From assembly GCA_012518615.1 (NCBI GenBank), contig JAAYRU010000004.1, forward strand, positions 16,085-80,084: a stretch of DNA of 64,000 nucleotides, read 5' to 3'. Shown here piece by piece: positions 9,724 through 20,229 of the stretch (positions are counted from its first letter, which is position 1; every line of letters begins with the position of its first letter). Source of the DNA: Christensenellaceae bacterium. GTDB lineage: Bacteria > Bacillota > Clostridia > Christensenellales > Aristaeellaceae. The position numbers and the translations under genes are program-made. The notes below the pieces were generated by a model. The model made no database searches, was not told the DNA's origin, and saw nothing but the letters and a program-made list of their open reading frames with translations.

Positions 9724-10430
9724 TGTCAGCCCCGCTAAGGCTCCGCCATGAGCTAAAGTACTTTATAAAAAATTCTCAGTACGAAGTGCTAAGAAGGCTA
9801 TTAGCAGCCGTCCTAAACCCTGACCCCCATGCGGACGAGAACAATGAGTACCATATACGCTCTCTCTATTTTGACAGCATATCCGATAGGGCGCTATATG
9901 AAAAAGTCGCCGGCGTATACCGCCGTGATAAGTATCGCATACGCATATATAACCTTTCGGATTCCGTTATCCGTATGGAATGTAAGAGCAAGTACAACAA
10001 CTATATTTCAAAGCGCTCAGCGCCTATTTCAAGACTTGTTAGCGAACAGATAATAGCTAAAGATCCTTCGGGGCTTGAGAATACTTCATCGGGTTTACTT
10101 AGAGACATGTTCAGGGAAATTAGGCTCAGCCTACTGCGCCCAGTAGTAATTGTTGACTATGTAAGGGAAGCCTATATACATCCTGCTGAGGAAATACGCA
10201 TAACCTTTGATAAACAGCTTAGAACTGGGCTTAACTCTATAGATATGTACAACAAGGAACTTCCCACCATACCCGTATTTTCAGACGATATGATGATATT
10301 GGAGGTTAAGTTCAACCGCACATTGCCGCCATATATTTCAGACATACTATCCCTTGCGGCGGGCTGGTCTACTAGGAGCGCTATATCCAAATATACGCTC
10401 TGCCGCCAGTACGAGGGTAAAGACTACTAA
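9723..10430 (+). CDS. VTC-domain (polyphosphate polymerase-like, CYTH-fold) protein
   Basis: 235 aa. HELKYFI...YHIRSLYFD...YRIRIY...LEVKF pattern typical of bacterial VTC-domain proteins. The start overlaps the preceding stop (TAATG). Confidence 0.75.
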   Translation: MSAPLRLRHELKYFIKNSQYEVLRRLLAAVLNPDPHADENNEYHIRSLYFDSISDRALYEKVAGVYRRDKYRIRIYNLSDSVIRMECKSKYNNYISKRSAPISRLVSEQIIAKDPSGLENTSSGLLRDMFREIRLSLLRPVVIVDYVREAYIHPAEEIRITFDKQLRTGLNSIDMYNKELPTIPVFSDDMMILEVKFNRTLPPYISDILSLAAGWSTRSAISKYTLCRQYEGKDY

Positions 10431-10431
10431 T

Positions 10432-11781
10432 ATGTTCAAAAAAAACGATATATTAGAGCTTGATATACAGGCGCTAAACAGCGATATGCAGGGCATAGCA
10501 AGGCATGAAGGTAAAGTTGTCTTCCTGCCCTTTTCACTTCCTGGGGAAATTATTAGGGCTAAGATAGTAAAAGTACATAAAAACTACGCATACGCTAAGC
10601 CGCTTGAAATATTACAAAAAAGCCCAGATAGGCAGGAGCCGCCATGCGATATTTTCTATAAATGCGGCGGCTGCACATGCCAGCATATGAAATATGAAAC
10701 TACTCTTATTCAAAAAAGGTTAACCGTTAAAGATACGCTAAGTAAAATAGCCGGCGCTGATATGCCTGTAGCTGATTGTATAGGCGCTAATAGCCCGCTC
10801 AATTACAGAAATAAAACATCTATGCCGCTAGCGCTTGAAAACGGCAAGCCTGTCGCGGGCTTTTTCTACCCCAGAAGCCATAGAGTGGTGCCGGTAGAAA
10901 ATTGCCCTGTAGCAAGGAAGCCCACAATGCAAGTTATGAAAGGCGTGCTTAGCTGGATGGAGGAATATAATATCCCACCCTACGATGAAAACACCCATAC
11001 AGGGCTTGTACGGCATATAGTTATAAGGGTAAACCTTAAAGGCGAGTGTATGACAACACTTGTAACAAGGGATAATAATATACCCCATAAAGACGAGCTT
11101 ATAAAAAGGCTAACACAAGAAAACCCCTATATAGTATCTATAGTAAACAGCGTCCAAAAAAAACGCACAAATACTATACTTGGCGAAAGTTTTACGGTGC
11201 TGCACGGTGAAAACCATATAAAAGAAGAGCTTTTAGGCTTGAATTTCAGAATTTCTCCACTTTCATTTTTCCAGATAAATACTAAACAGGCTGAAAAACT
11301 ATACCTTGCGGCTATGGAGCTTGCTGGCGATTTGAAAGACAAAAAAGTGCTAGACCTATACTGCGGTGCAGGTACTATTGCTCTAACATTCGCTAAAAGA
11401 TGCAAGGAAGTTAGAGGCATAGAGATAGTACCCGAAGCAATAGACGACGCCAAAATTAACGCCTTGGATAATAATATAAATAACGCATCGTTTTACTTGG
11501 GAAAGGTAGAGGATATTCTCCCCCAATTTGTAAGAGAAAATTATAAGCCCGATATTATTGTGCTTGACCCGCCCAGAAAAGGCGCCGAGCTTTCCGCAAT
11601 AGAAGCTATTGCTAAATTAAAGGCGGACAAAATAATATACATAAGCTGCCATGTCGCATCGCAGGCAAGGGACATAGCCCGCCTTACGGCTCTTGGCTAT
11701 GCCCCAATAAAAAGCGTACCTGTTGATATGTTCTCTTATACTTCAGGCATTGAAAACATAGTGCTGCTAGAAAAAGCCTAG
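10432..11781 (+). CDS. 23S rRNA (uracil-C5)-methyltransferase, RumA/RlmD family, with TRAM domain and Fe-S cysteines
   Basis: N-terminal TRAM-like domain, Cys cluster (CDIFYKCGGCTCQH), SAM-binding LDLYCGAGTI, and DPPRKG. Start at MFKKNDIL; the track start at 10354 overlaps the previous gene. Confidence 0.9.
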   Translation: MFKKNDILELDIQALNSDMQGIARHEGKVVFLPFSLPGEIIRAKIVKVHKNYAYAKPLEILQKSPDRQEPPCDIFYKCGGCTCQHMKYETTLIQKRLTVKDTLSKIAGADMPVADCIGANSPLNYRNKTSMPLALENGKPVAGFFYPRSHRVVPVENCPVARKPTMQVMKGVLSWMEEYNIPPYDENTHTGLVRHIVIRVNLKGECMTTLVTRDNNIPHKDELIKRLTQENPYIVSIVNSVQKKRTNTILGESFTVLHGENHIKEELLGLNFRISPLSFFQINTKQAEKLYLAAMELAGDLKDKKVLDLYCGAGTIALTFAKRCKEVRGIEIVPEAIDDAKINALDNNINNASFYLGKVEDILPQFVRENYKPDIIVLDPPRKGAELSAIEAIAKLKADKIIYISCHVASQARDIARLTALGYAPIKSVPVDMFSYTSGIENIVLLEKA

Positions 11782-12704
11782 TCTAAACTTATAGTATTAA
11801 TATCGCTTATTTCTTCTTCCTCGCTGTGGTCCCCCACAAGCCCTATTAGAATATACTCATCATTTAGTAAATCATAGTGAAAATCGTTAAGAATACTAAA
11901 GCCATCTATTTTACCGGTTGAGCTTACATGCATACGGGGATTGGTGCAAAGGTGCAGCTTATCGCCTATCAAAATATGCTGCTCATCATGGTAGCTTATG
12001 GGTATGTCCTGCGATATTAAATCATGCACATAGTGCTCAATAGCCTCTAAATCTACCTGCGGTTTTTTTGGGAACCTTAGCAGGAAGCCCCGCTTTATAT
12101 CATCGTGTATGTACTGTAAATCCGGCGGCAGATGTTGATGTAAGTAAAATTCAGTTAAATCCTCAGCAGAATGCGCCATACGCCTGTATATGGCGTTTCT
12201 CATTACAATATCGGCTATATCCTGCGGCTCAGGACCGAATAGCGTGGGACGGGTTACTATTATCTCCTCACCTATGCCTATAAGCAGCTCCGCATTTGTG
12301 CGCAGCATCGGATATATAAGCTCAAAATGTTCAACAACAACACGTCTACCCTTGTTTATAGCATTATCTATAGCATCCGCTAGTATATAAAGCTGCGTAA
12401 AGCCCATTTCAAAGCGTATATCTATATGGTAGGTATGCGGCTGGTAGAAACCATTGTCCGACACATCAAGCAGAGGCAGAGGTCTTACATTTACGCCGTT
12501 ATCATCGTTAGTAAGTTCAAGCCCCGGAAACATGCCCTTTATAAGCAAACTCTTTCCAGAGCCTGCTTCACCCATTAACCCTATAAGCCTATCCTGCGCA
12601 TCAAGGTGCTGCTGGGCTATCTGCCTGCCAATGGCAAGCATACGCCTAGCGCCCCTTGGCGCAAAATATACGCTATAATAGGGATTTACATAGCGGTTGA
12701 CCAA
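11778..12704 (-). CDS. P-loop NTPase-like hypothetical protein, last gene of the glm/mal operon
   Basis: 308 aa. Walker A GEAGSGKS at residues 45-52 and a possible Walker B RRVVVEH. The start lies 4 nt downstream of the mal stop on the same strand. Confidence 0.6.
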   Translation of the reverse strand: MVNRYVNPYYSVYFAPRGARRMLAIGRQIAQQHLDAQDRLIGLMGEAGSGKSLLIKGMFPGLELTNDDNGVNVRPLPLLDVSDNGFYQPHTYHIDIRFEMGFTQLYILADAIDNAINKGRRVVVEHFELIYPMLRTNAELLIGIGEEIIVTRPTLFGPEPQDIADIVMRNAIYRRMAHSAEDLTEFYLHQHLPPDLQYIHDDIKRGFLLRFPKKPQVDLEAIEHYVHDLISQDIPISYHDEQHILIGDKLHLCTNPRMHVSSTGKIDGFSILNDFHYDLLNDEYILIGLVGDHSEEEEISDINTISLD

Positions 12705-12708
12705 TAAA

Positions 12709-13947
12709 TCACCCCTGTTTTTTAATGGCTAATACACGCTGCATTTCGTTAAAGCAGAGCATATAACCTTCATCAACGCCCATACCGGGCTTAGCTAACA
12801 CTTGGTCTGCGTTTGCAGCCATAGCGCAGTGTATACAGGCTTTTGCTGAAATGTCCGTTTCGTTGCAGGTTCCGCCTTGGTACGCGCCCATGCCGTTTTC
12901 CTTGCAGTAAAGCACTGCTTCAACGCTGTTGTGTATGCTGCCAAGGTCCGGGGTTTTAACCTGTATCATATGCCCGGCTTTGTTATCTACAAATAGTTTT
13001 ATATCTTCAAGGGTATTGCACCACTCGTCAGCCACGAGTTCTACATTTATATTCCTTGCGTCAAGTTCATTTCTAAGACCCTTTAAATCCCTTATCTGGC
13101 TTTCCCTATCTCCCGAATCCATAGGACCTTCTATGCGCAGGTGGAAGGGCGCAGCAGCTTTTTCAAGCTCCGCCATATAATCAGCCATGGCTTTGTAGTT
13201 GCTCTCGCCAAACACCTGCCCTATTGTGCCGTAGCAGTCCATCTGCAGTGTAGGTTTATAGCCATCATAGGGAGCAAAATCAACTATTCTTTTGTTTATC
13301 CACTTTATGTAATCAAGCAGTTTTTCGCCTTTTTCGCCAAGCTTCTCTACAGAGTTAAACAGCCCATGGGATAAAACCGGCACGCCCTTCATTATCATCT
13401 TATCGGCGTTGTTGTACCTGTCATCACCCGACTGGCTGAATATAGGCACCAGTTTATCAGTAACTTTAAGATCGTATTCTTCAGCTATAACATCACACAT
13501 GAGAACGCCCTTTGCCTTAGCAACAGCCGCAAGCAGAGCCTGAGAGAAACCATAGCGTATTGCAGTATGCAGGCGCTCTCCGTTTATGTGCATATGCTCT
13601 ATTTTGTCTGCTAGGCGGCGGAAACTATCAAGCTTTTCGCCAACAAAATGCTTGGCAACTTCATTTTCTATTAGGGGCAAATATTTATCCGCCAAGAAAA
13701 GCGGGTCTCTCCCTGCCGCGCCCGAATACTGCACGGCGCAGCAATCGCCTATGGCTATATCGCCATTTTCAAGCACAAGCATTACGCTTACGGATTCTCC
13801 CGCTTGGCGAACGGCTGTAAAACCTTTTGTAACGGGCTCTCCTATGTACATGTTACCGTCTGTTTTAGCACCCTGTTTTATGGCTTTCTGGTCATCAAAA
13901 TAAAAGCCTGTGCGCCCTTTGGAGCAGATTATTTTTGTGATTTTCAT
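12709..13947 (-). CDS. mal: Methylaspartate ammonia-lyase
   Basis: MKITKIICSKGRTGFYFDDQ... is an enolase-superfamily methylaspartase-like sequence. GAGGAAAGGGA RBS precedes 13947. Context is directly after glmE. Confidence 0.9.
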   Translation of the reverse strand: MKITKIICSKGRTGFYFDDQKAIKQGAKTDGNMYIGEPVTKGFTAVRQAGESVSVMLVLENGDIAIGDCCAVQYSGAAGRDPLFLADKYLPLIENEVAKHFVGEKLDSFRRLADKIEHMHINGERLHTAIRYGFSQALLAAVAKAKGVLMCDVIAEEYDLKVTDKLVPIFSQSGDDRYNNADKMIMKGVPVLSHGLFNSVEKLGEKGEKLLDYIKWINKRIVDFAPYDGYKPTLQMDCYGTIGQVFGESNYKAMADYMAELEKAAAPFHLRIEGPMDSGDRESQIRDLKGLRNELDARNINVELVADEWCNTLEDIKLFVDNKAGHMIQVKTPDLGSIHNSVEAVLYCKENGMGAYQGGTCNETDISAKACIHCAMAANADQVLAKPGMGVDEGYMLCFNEMQRVLAIKKQG

Positions 13948-13966
13948 TCCCTTTCCTCTTTTCCAA

Positions 13967-15427
13967 TTATTTGTGGGGGCGCCCAACCAAGCGTCCCTTG
14001 CTTATAGCGTATATATCATCTACTACCATCTGGAAGTTTACTCCCCTGCCTTCCGCCTTGCCCCTTTCATCAAGCTTTTTCTTGTGGAAAGTCTTAATAC
14101 TATCATCAAATGGCAGGTTGCCAACATTTAAAAAGCGTACAGCGCCGTCATGGTCGCGGGCTGGCATCATCTTGCCTGCGTTAAACCTGCTGGGGGCAAA
14201 GGGTACGTCTATTACGCCTGCTTCAAACGCTCTAACAGTACCGATAGCTATATCACCATCGCCAAGCTCAAGCGTGCGCTCAAGTATCTGCTCTGTTTCT
14301 CTGTTTATTAAATCTATTTCTCCAAGAAGCACGCTATCTTGAGGCAGCGCCTGGTCTGCAAGCATGGTTATAACCTGCTTTGTAGCCCTAAGCCCTGCGG
14401 CATTCGCTTCCTTTGTTGGTACGCCCATCGCTTCATGGGGCGTTTTTACTATTACCTTTGTTGCTTTAGCAAGCGCCGCAACTGCGCTTCCCCAGCATAT
14501 TACTCCAAAGGCTTGAGCCTCGTCCTGAGGGAAACCGCCCATCCACTGGTGCAATACGGTTGATAAAATATATCCTTCATAGCCGAAGCGCTTAAGATAT
14601 TTCTCGCTCATATAGCGAAGGGATTCTATAGCCGCAACATCCTGCACCAGATTGCCGCACTGCCCGTAGCCAAGGGTGATGTCCTTCACCCCCTGCTCCG
14701 CCGCAAGCAGTGCCTCTATTATACCCACCGCGTTTGATACGCAGGGCGGCACGAGCGTGCCTGTTAATGGACCAAAAGGCTCTCTGTTGAGGGAAATGCC
14801 CTGCTCCTCATAGTAGCCTGTTAGCCTATCCACATACTGCCATTTTTTTATAGTTTCAACTAGCGGTACATTTTTAGCGTAAGGTATGTTGTAGGATATG
14901 CCCCCACCTTCAAAGCTTGTAAAGCCACCCGCATAGGCGGTTTCGGCAAGCAGCCTTGCATCTGGCGTGCCATGGCGCACCTGCACAGGGCTTTTTACGC
15001 TCTCTGTTACAATTCGGCAGCCCTTAACCCCGTGATTTACCGCAGGGAAGCCGTTAAGCATAGAATTACCGTGCTTTTTAGATTCCTTAATGCCATGTTC
15101 CGCGTCCTCATAGCGGTTAAGACGAGTGTAGCTATCTATAGTTGTTGGAAGCAAGTCCGCCTCGCCTTCATTTTCTAGATATTGCAGAAGCTTAACATGC
15201 ATATCAACAAGCGCAACCCCCGCCCTTGGCTGCACCAGTGTTTTCTTTTCCTTTATTGCCTTACCTAGCTTAGTACAGAAGCGCTTTTCTGTTTTTATGC
15301 CGCGTTGATACTCAACAGCTTCGCTTAAATCAACCTCATGCCCCGTGTGCCAGGTTTTTAGCACTTCCTCCCTCTCCCTAAAAAACTCTTCATCGTTGTA
15401 GCGTTTATTAGTTAGCTCCATCAACAT
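13967..15427 (-). CDS. glmE: Glutamate mutase epsilon (catalytic) subunit
   Basis: 486 aa. Strong resemblance to clostridial MutE/GlmE. Operon order S-L-E-mal. Confidence 0.93.
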   Translation of the reverse strand: MLMELTNKRYNDEEFFREREEVLKTWHTGHEVDLSEAVEYQRGIKTEKRFCTKLGKAIKEKKTLVQPRAGVALVDMHVKLLQYLENEGEADLLPTTIDSYTRLNRYEDAEHGIKESKKHGNSMLNGFPAVNHGVKGCRIVTESVKSPVQVRHGTPDARLLAETAYAGGFTSFEGGGISYNIPYAKNVPLVETIKKWQYVDRLTGYYEEQGISLNREPFGPLTGTLVPPCVSNAVGIIEALLAAEQGVKDITLGYGQCGNLVQDVAAIESLRYMSEKYLKRFGYEGYILSTVLHQWMGGFPQDEAQAFGVICWGSAVAALAKATKVIVKTPHEAMGVPTKEANAAGLRATKQVITMLADQALPQDSVLLGEIDLINRETEQILERTLELGDGDIAIGTVRAFEAGVIDVPFAPSRFNAGKMMPARDHDGAVRFLNVGNLPFDDSIKTFHKKKLDERGKAEGRGVNFQMVVDDIYAISKGRLVGRPHK

Positions 15428-16802
15428 GACCTCCTATATATTGTTTCATTATATTAATTGCACTTTCCTCATCGTATGTAGATAATAGCCCCATTGCGGA
15501 TAGTATGTAGCCACTATCCAATATCGCTTTTGGGTTTCTTGGCACAAGGTTGCTTTCATCTATATTTGAAATAGCGGTGTCCAGTATAGCCTGCGGGTTA
15601 TCAGAATGCACAAGCGCGCCGCCTGTAAGTATTATTTTATCTATACCCGTTAAATCCTTGCCCTGCTGCTTGTATACAGCGCCGCTTGGGGTATATATAC
15701 GCTCAAGCTCTCCCGCATGGCGTATAAGCGCTGTACGCACGGCAAGCGCCGCAAGCGCAAAATCCATAGCCTTTGTACTATCATCGCTTGGCAAGCGGGA
15801 TTTATCATGCGATATTTCGCACAAATAACTTTCCGCTTCTTCACTACTTAAACCGCTTATATTAACAATCTCTTCCATTCCAGCAGCATCTACTATGCCC
15901 TTTGCGCTGTAGCGCATACCTATATCGCCCTCTACGCTGCGCTTTTCAAAGGGTTCTCTAAGCCCGCTTAGCATTACGGAAGAGTTAAGCGGATAGCCCT
16001 TGGCTATTGAATATACATCCGTTGTTGCGCCGCCAAGGTCTACGCACATTATTTCACCTATGCCCTTGGTTTTTTCGGTGCCTTTGGATAGCAAGCTTAA
16101 CGCAGCTAAAACAGATGCGGGCGTTGGCATAATTATTCCCTCTATAAGCGCCTTTTCGTGGCTTAAACCTTTGGCGGATACTATCCTATCTAAAAATATT
16201 TCCCTTATTACCGCCTGCGCAGGAGCAATGTTAAGCCTGTTTAATTCCGGCATAACATTTTCTGTTATGTATGTAGGATGTATATCGCTAGATATTATTT
16301 CCTCGCACTTTTTAGCCGCGCTTCTGTTACCGGCTATTACCACGGGAAAAGGCTTTTTAGCTGTACTAATTAGCTCTGCATTATGCTGTATTACCTTAAA
16401 ATTGCCGCCGTCCGTACCGCCTGTTAATAGGAATATATCAGGGGCAATATCATCAATAGCAGCTATATCTTCTTCAGTTAATTCATACGAAAATGTTTTT
16501 ATAACTTTAGCTCCCGCGCCAAATGCGGCAAGCTTTGCGGCTTTTGCGGTGAGAGATGGCACAAGCCCCGACGCCACCATGCGAAGTCCGCCCGCCGCGC
16601 TTGAACATGCAAGGCGCTTAATAAATTGCATATTGCCTAGCTGCTCATGTAATTTTTCAAGTGCATGGTTAAAGCCCTGCATTACATCGCTCTCAACAGT
16701 AGTGAAACTCTGCGCAGCCGCAAGTATGCGCCTTTCTTCAAGGTCTACCGCGGTAAGCTTTGTAAATGTAGAGCCAAAATCTATGAGCAGTACAACTTGC
16801 AT
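15408..16802 (-). CDS. glmL: Glutamate mutase reactivase/chaperone GlmL (MutL)
   Basis: 464 aa. The start [20 protein letters not shown] is an actin-fold ATPase motif. Located between glmS and glmE. Confidence 0.88.
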   Translation of the reverse strand: MQVVLLIDFGSTFTKLTAVDLEERRILAAAQSFTTVESDVMQGFNHALEKLHEQLGNMQFIKRLACSSAAGGLRMVASGLVPSLTAKAAKLAAFGAGAKVIKTFSYELTEEDIAAIDDIAPDIFLLTGGTDGGNFKVIQHNAELISTAKKPFPVVIAGNRSAAKKCEEIISSDIHPTYITENVMPELNRLNIAPAQAVIREIFLDRIVSAKGLSHEKALIEGIIMPTPASVLAALSLLSKGTEKTKGIGEIMCVDLGGATTDVYSIAKGYPLNSSVMLSGLREPFEKRSVEGDIGMRYSAKGIVDAAGMEEIVNISGLSSEEAESYLCEISHDKSRLPSDDSTKAMDFALAALAVRTALIRHAGELERIYTPSGAVYKQQGKDLTGIDKIILTGGALVHSDNPQAILDTAISNIDESNLVPRNPKAILDSGYILSAMGLLSTYDEESAINIMKQYIGGHVDGAN

Positions 16803-17222
16803 TTATTTTTTTATGCCCAGTAAATCTTCTTTAAGGGCGTCTATAGTGGTTTCAGGCGCGGTGCCGGGACCGAACACACGATCAAAACCCATTGCCTTAA
16901 AGCGCTTTTCCACATCTTCAAAGGGCTGTTTACCTACCACTATATTTCCGCCTACATAAAGCAATATGCCCTCAAGCCCTGCTTCATCGCATTTTTCTCT
17001 AAGCCCTTGGCAGTCCAGCTCTCCATGACCATATAATGAAGAAACGACGATTGCTTCGGCATTTGATTCAATCGCCGCTTCGATATATTCTTCCTGCGAT
17101 ACCATTACCCCGAGGTTTACTACATTGAAGCCCGCCTCAGAGAATGCATAATATAATATTTGGTTGCCGACGGCGTGCACATCCGCACCAATAACGCCAA
17201 TGACGATGGTCTTCTTTTCCAC
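16803..17222 (-). CDS. glmS: Glutamate mutase sigma (B12-binding) subunit
   Basis: 139 aa. [20 protein letters not shown] carries the DxHxxG B12 motif. Closely resembles C. tetanomorphum MutS as I recall it. Confidence 0.95.
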   Translation of the reverse strand: MEKKTIVIGVIGADVHAVGNQILYYAFSEAGFNVVNLGVMVSQEEYIEAAIESNAEAIVVSSLYGHGELDCQGLREKCDEAGLEGILLYVGGNIVVGKQPFEDVEKRFKAMGFDRVFGPGTAPETTIDALKEDLLGIKK

Positions 17223-17355
17223 GGCGGTTACCCCCTCATTTTTATAGCTATATCGTATAATAAGTTGGCTCCTTTGTCAATGTATATAAGGGGCTTTATA
17301 TGCAACCTTGCCAAGGGGAATGCTTAAAGTTATAATACAGAAAAGGAGGGAAGGT

Positions 17356-18519
17356 ATGGATATAGGTCTTTTCACGGATACTTTCATCCCCATAGCTGAT
17401 GGCGTAGGCAGGGTAGTGCTTGCATACGCAGAAACACTGCCTAAGCTTGGCGCACAGGTTACTGTGAGTGCGCCTTTATATCACTTTGGCAACAGAGCCA
17501 TGCTCCCCTTTGACCTTATAGACTACAGCGCAATTAAAATACCCACCATATCCCAGTACAGCACAGGAAGTCCTGTGCTTGATACACATTACCGCAGACG
17601 CATGAGAGCAGCAAAATTAAGCATAGCCCACGCGCACAGCCCATTTGCCGCAGGTGTAGAAGCTGTTAGAATTGCTAAAGCCAAGGGTATTCCGCTTGTT
17701 GGCACATTCCACTCTAAATACTATGATGATTTCTATAAGGCAACCAAGAGCGAAACCATATCAAAGGCGCTTGTAAGCAATGTTGTTTCCTTTTACGAAA
17801 AATGCGATGAAGTATGGGCGGTAAGTAAATCCACCGCTGATGTGCTTTATGAATACGGCTTTAACGGCGAAATTATTGTAATGCCAAACGGAGTAAATTT
17901 CCGTACGTTAAATGAGGATAAATTAAAAGAAGTAGAAGAAAAATACGGCATAGGCAATAAAAAAATGCTGCTATTTGTTGGACAGATAAACTATAAGAAA
18001 AATATTAAACTTGCGCTTGAAAGCGCTGCGCTGCTTAAAAAAAGCGGAGTGGATTTTATACTTATACTTGCCGGCAGAGGTCCTGATAAAAAATCTATAA
18101 AGGCTGATATTAAGGAGCTTGGTATTAAAGACAATACAAAGCTTATAGGGCATATAGATGATTCTGCCATTCTTGACGCGCTTTACGCAAGGGCTAGGGC
18201 GTTTGTTTTTCCATCTCTATATGACAATGCGCCTATGGTAGTAAGGGAAGCGGCTGTAATGGGTACCCCTTCAATATTAATTAATGGCAGCAGCGCGGCC
18301 GAAATTGTTGAGGACGGTGTAAACGGCTTCCTGTGCGACAATACACCTGAAAGCCTTTTTGAAAAACTTAAACTGCTGCTTGATAACAAAGAGCTCGCTG
18401 AAAACGCAGGCAAAAACGCAAAGGAAAGCATACCCATATCTTGGGAAAGCATAATGAACAAAGCGCTAAAAAGGTATGAAGCGCTTATAGAAAGCGGTAA
18501 TTATAAATACAAAAAGTGA
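17356..18519 (+). CDS. GT4-family glycosyltransferase
   Basis: The start MDIGLFTDTFIPIADGVGRVV follows AGGAGGGAAGGT. The C-terminal half has the GT-B family pattern (FVFPSLYDNAPMVVREAAVMGTP). Confidence 0.85.
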   Translation: MDIGLFTDTFIPIADGVGRVVLAYAETLPKLGAQVTVSAPLYHFGNRAMLPFDLIDYSAIKIPTISQYSTGSPVLDTHYRRRMRAAKLSIAHAHSPFAAGVEAVRIAKAKGIPLVGTFHSKYYDDFYKATKSETISKALVSNVVSFYEKCDEVWAVSKSTADVLYEYGFNGEIIVMPNGVNFRTLNEDKLKEVEEKYGIGNKKMLLFVGQINYKKNIKLALESAALLKKSGVDFILILAGRGPDKKSIKADIKELGIKDNTKLIGHIDDSAILDALYARARAFVFPSLYDNAPMVVREAAVMGTPSILINGSSAAEIVEDGVNGFLCDNTPESLFEKLKLLLDNKELAENAGKNAKESIPISWESIMNKALKRYEALIESGNYKYKK

Positions 18520-18595
18520 ACTTATTCGTATATTATATTAGACACCGTTTACGATAATACATCGTAAATAAATAATAATTAAGGAGGATATATTT

Positions 18596-20194
18596 ATGAA
18601 AGACATGGACATTCAATTTTATGGCGAACGAGGAATCATCAATGGGATTTTGTTGGATATCTATCGAGATAAAAACAAAGACAAGAAGCTCAATAGTTTT
18701 TTTGATGCAATCAAACTGTTTGATGGTAAAGATGTACCTTGGAAAGATGATATTACAAACTGCAAGTGGATGGTTGAACCATCTTTTGCGCACTTTGGAG
18801 ACCCTGACTTGATTGCTGTGTTTGAATCAGGAGAAAAAAAATACGCAATTTTTATCGAAGCTAAACTTAAAGACTATGTCAGCAGTTGCTTTTCTCTTGA
18901 GCGAGAAGACGGTATTGTGAATTTGAAAGGGCAATCAAGTAAATTGAATGTCCAACTTTCCTTCCGTTATCGTTTTGTGCAGGCGTTTAAAGAGGCGCAA
19001 AAAAAGTCTTCCCAAGCAATTATAGAACCCTGTCATAAACATCCGGATGGAAGGAGACGAAAACTTCAAAAAGAATCCGTTGTTGAAAGCGTGACGAAAT
19101 TCCTAGAAGGGGTTGACGAATATTATTTCATCGCCCTGACAAATGATTCATCATCAGAAACTGTTATCGAAGAGATGAGTAGCAATTTTCACCCGCCACT
19201 TAATGACTTTGATAAGCAATACTTCGGAATTCTTACCTATAAAGATTTAATTAATGAGGGTATTGTTGGTGAAAAATTAGGCTTCTTTGATAAAGCGTGT
19301 AAGATGATGGGTGTGAAAATTCTGCAATTATCTGATGACACTTCCTGCAAAAATAATAAAGATAAGCTATGTAATGAACAGAATAATAGTTCGTCTGAAA
19401 TCAAAAACATTAAAAGCATACATATAAATAATTGGGAAGATCATTTGCGAAAAATAGCTAATGAATTTGTAAACAATCAAAATCTGCAATTCGGATTTAT
19501 CAAACTATCGGGTTCATATAGCCTCAAACTAGGCGGGGAAGTCGTCATGAAACTCATGCAGTGTCAATATGGTGCTGATAACAAGCTTATGTTGGGCTTA
19601 TTAGATACCAGTTCTTTCAATGCTAAAAACTGGAAAGGAGAAAAACACCAAGCTTATAATGTAGGTGTTGGAAATCAAAGAAAAACCTTTTATTTCTATA
19701 CTGTTGAAGAACATAATATAGATGAAATGATTAATTTGGTCAATAAGTATTGCGAATCTTTCCTAAAAACTTCGGAACCCATAGATGTTTGGCAAGCTAT
19801 TCCTAAAAATGGAATCTGTGGAAACCTATTAGGGTTGCAATACAATACCGGTCTTTGGACAAGTCAGGCAACAGCAGACAGCGCAGAAGACCTCCAAGAA
19901 ACTGACAATATCACACCACCAAATGATGAATTACATTTACTAATCGAAACTGAAAAGGAAAAAGCTGTTATTGAGGTCGTGATGGAAAATATATCTGCCC
20001 TGTCACTCAACACATTAAGTTCCAGTCAAAAAGAAAAATCATCTTTTGTCAAGATTCAACGCTCAGAAAATGAAAACGATAAATATGAATTATATGTTTC
20101 CCAAGAATCAAATAATCTTGAAAACCATCAGAACAGCTTAGAATATAAGATAATTGCTAGTTCTCAATGGGTAAAATGGCGAAATTTTGAATAG
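18596..20194 (+). CDS. Hypothetical protein with an N-terminal PD-(D/E)xK nuclease-like motif
   Basis: 532 aa with a strong RBS (AAGGAGG). GDPDLIAVFESGEKKYAIFIEAKL matches the D...ExK core. The gene is visibly AT-rich relative to its flanks. The C-terminal ~300 aa are unrecognised. Confidence 0.55.
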   Translation: MKDMDIQFYGERGIINGILLDIYRDKNKDKKLNSFFDAIKLFDGKDVPWKDDITNCKWMVEPSFAHFGDPDLIAVFESGEKKYAIFIEAKLKDYVSSCFSLEREDGIVNLKGQSSKLNVQLSFRYRFVQAFKEAQKKSSQAIIEPCHKHPDGRRRKLQKESVVESVTKFLEGVDEYYFIALTNDSSSETVIEEMSSNFHPPLNDFDKQYFGILTYKDLINEGIVGEKLGFFDKACKMMGVKILQLSDDTSCKNNKDKLCNEQNNSSSEIKNIKSIHINNWEDHLRKIANEFVNNQNLQFGFIKLSGSYSLKLGGEVVMKLMQCQYGADNKLMLGLLDTSSFNAKNWKGEKHQAYNVGVGNQRKTFYFYTVEEHNIDEMINLVNKYCESFLKTSEPIDVWQAIPKNGICGNLLGLQYNTGLWTSQATADSAEDLQETDNITPPNDELHLLIETEKEKAVIEVVMENISALSLNTLSSSQKEKSSFVKIQRSENENDKYELYVSQESNNLENHQNSLEYKIIASSQWVKWRNFE

Positions 20195-20229
20195 TCCTTT
20201 TAACGAACAATAATTTGTTGTTATCAATA

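Noticed and set aside
16000-16959. A 319-aa plus-strand ORF.
   Set aside because: It lies entirely antisense to glmL, has low-complexity Ser/Ala/Ile composition and no RBS. The minus-strand gene has clear family identity.
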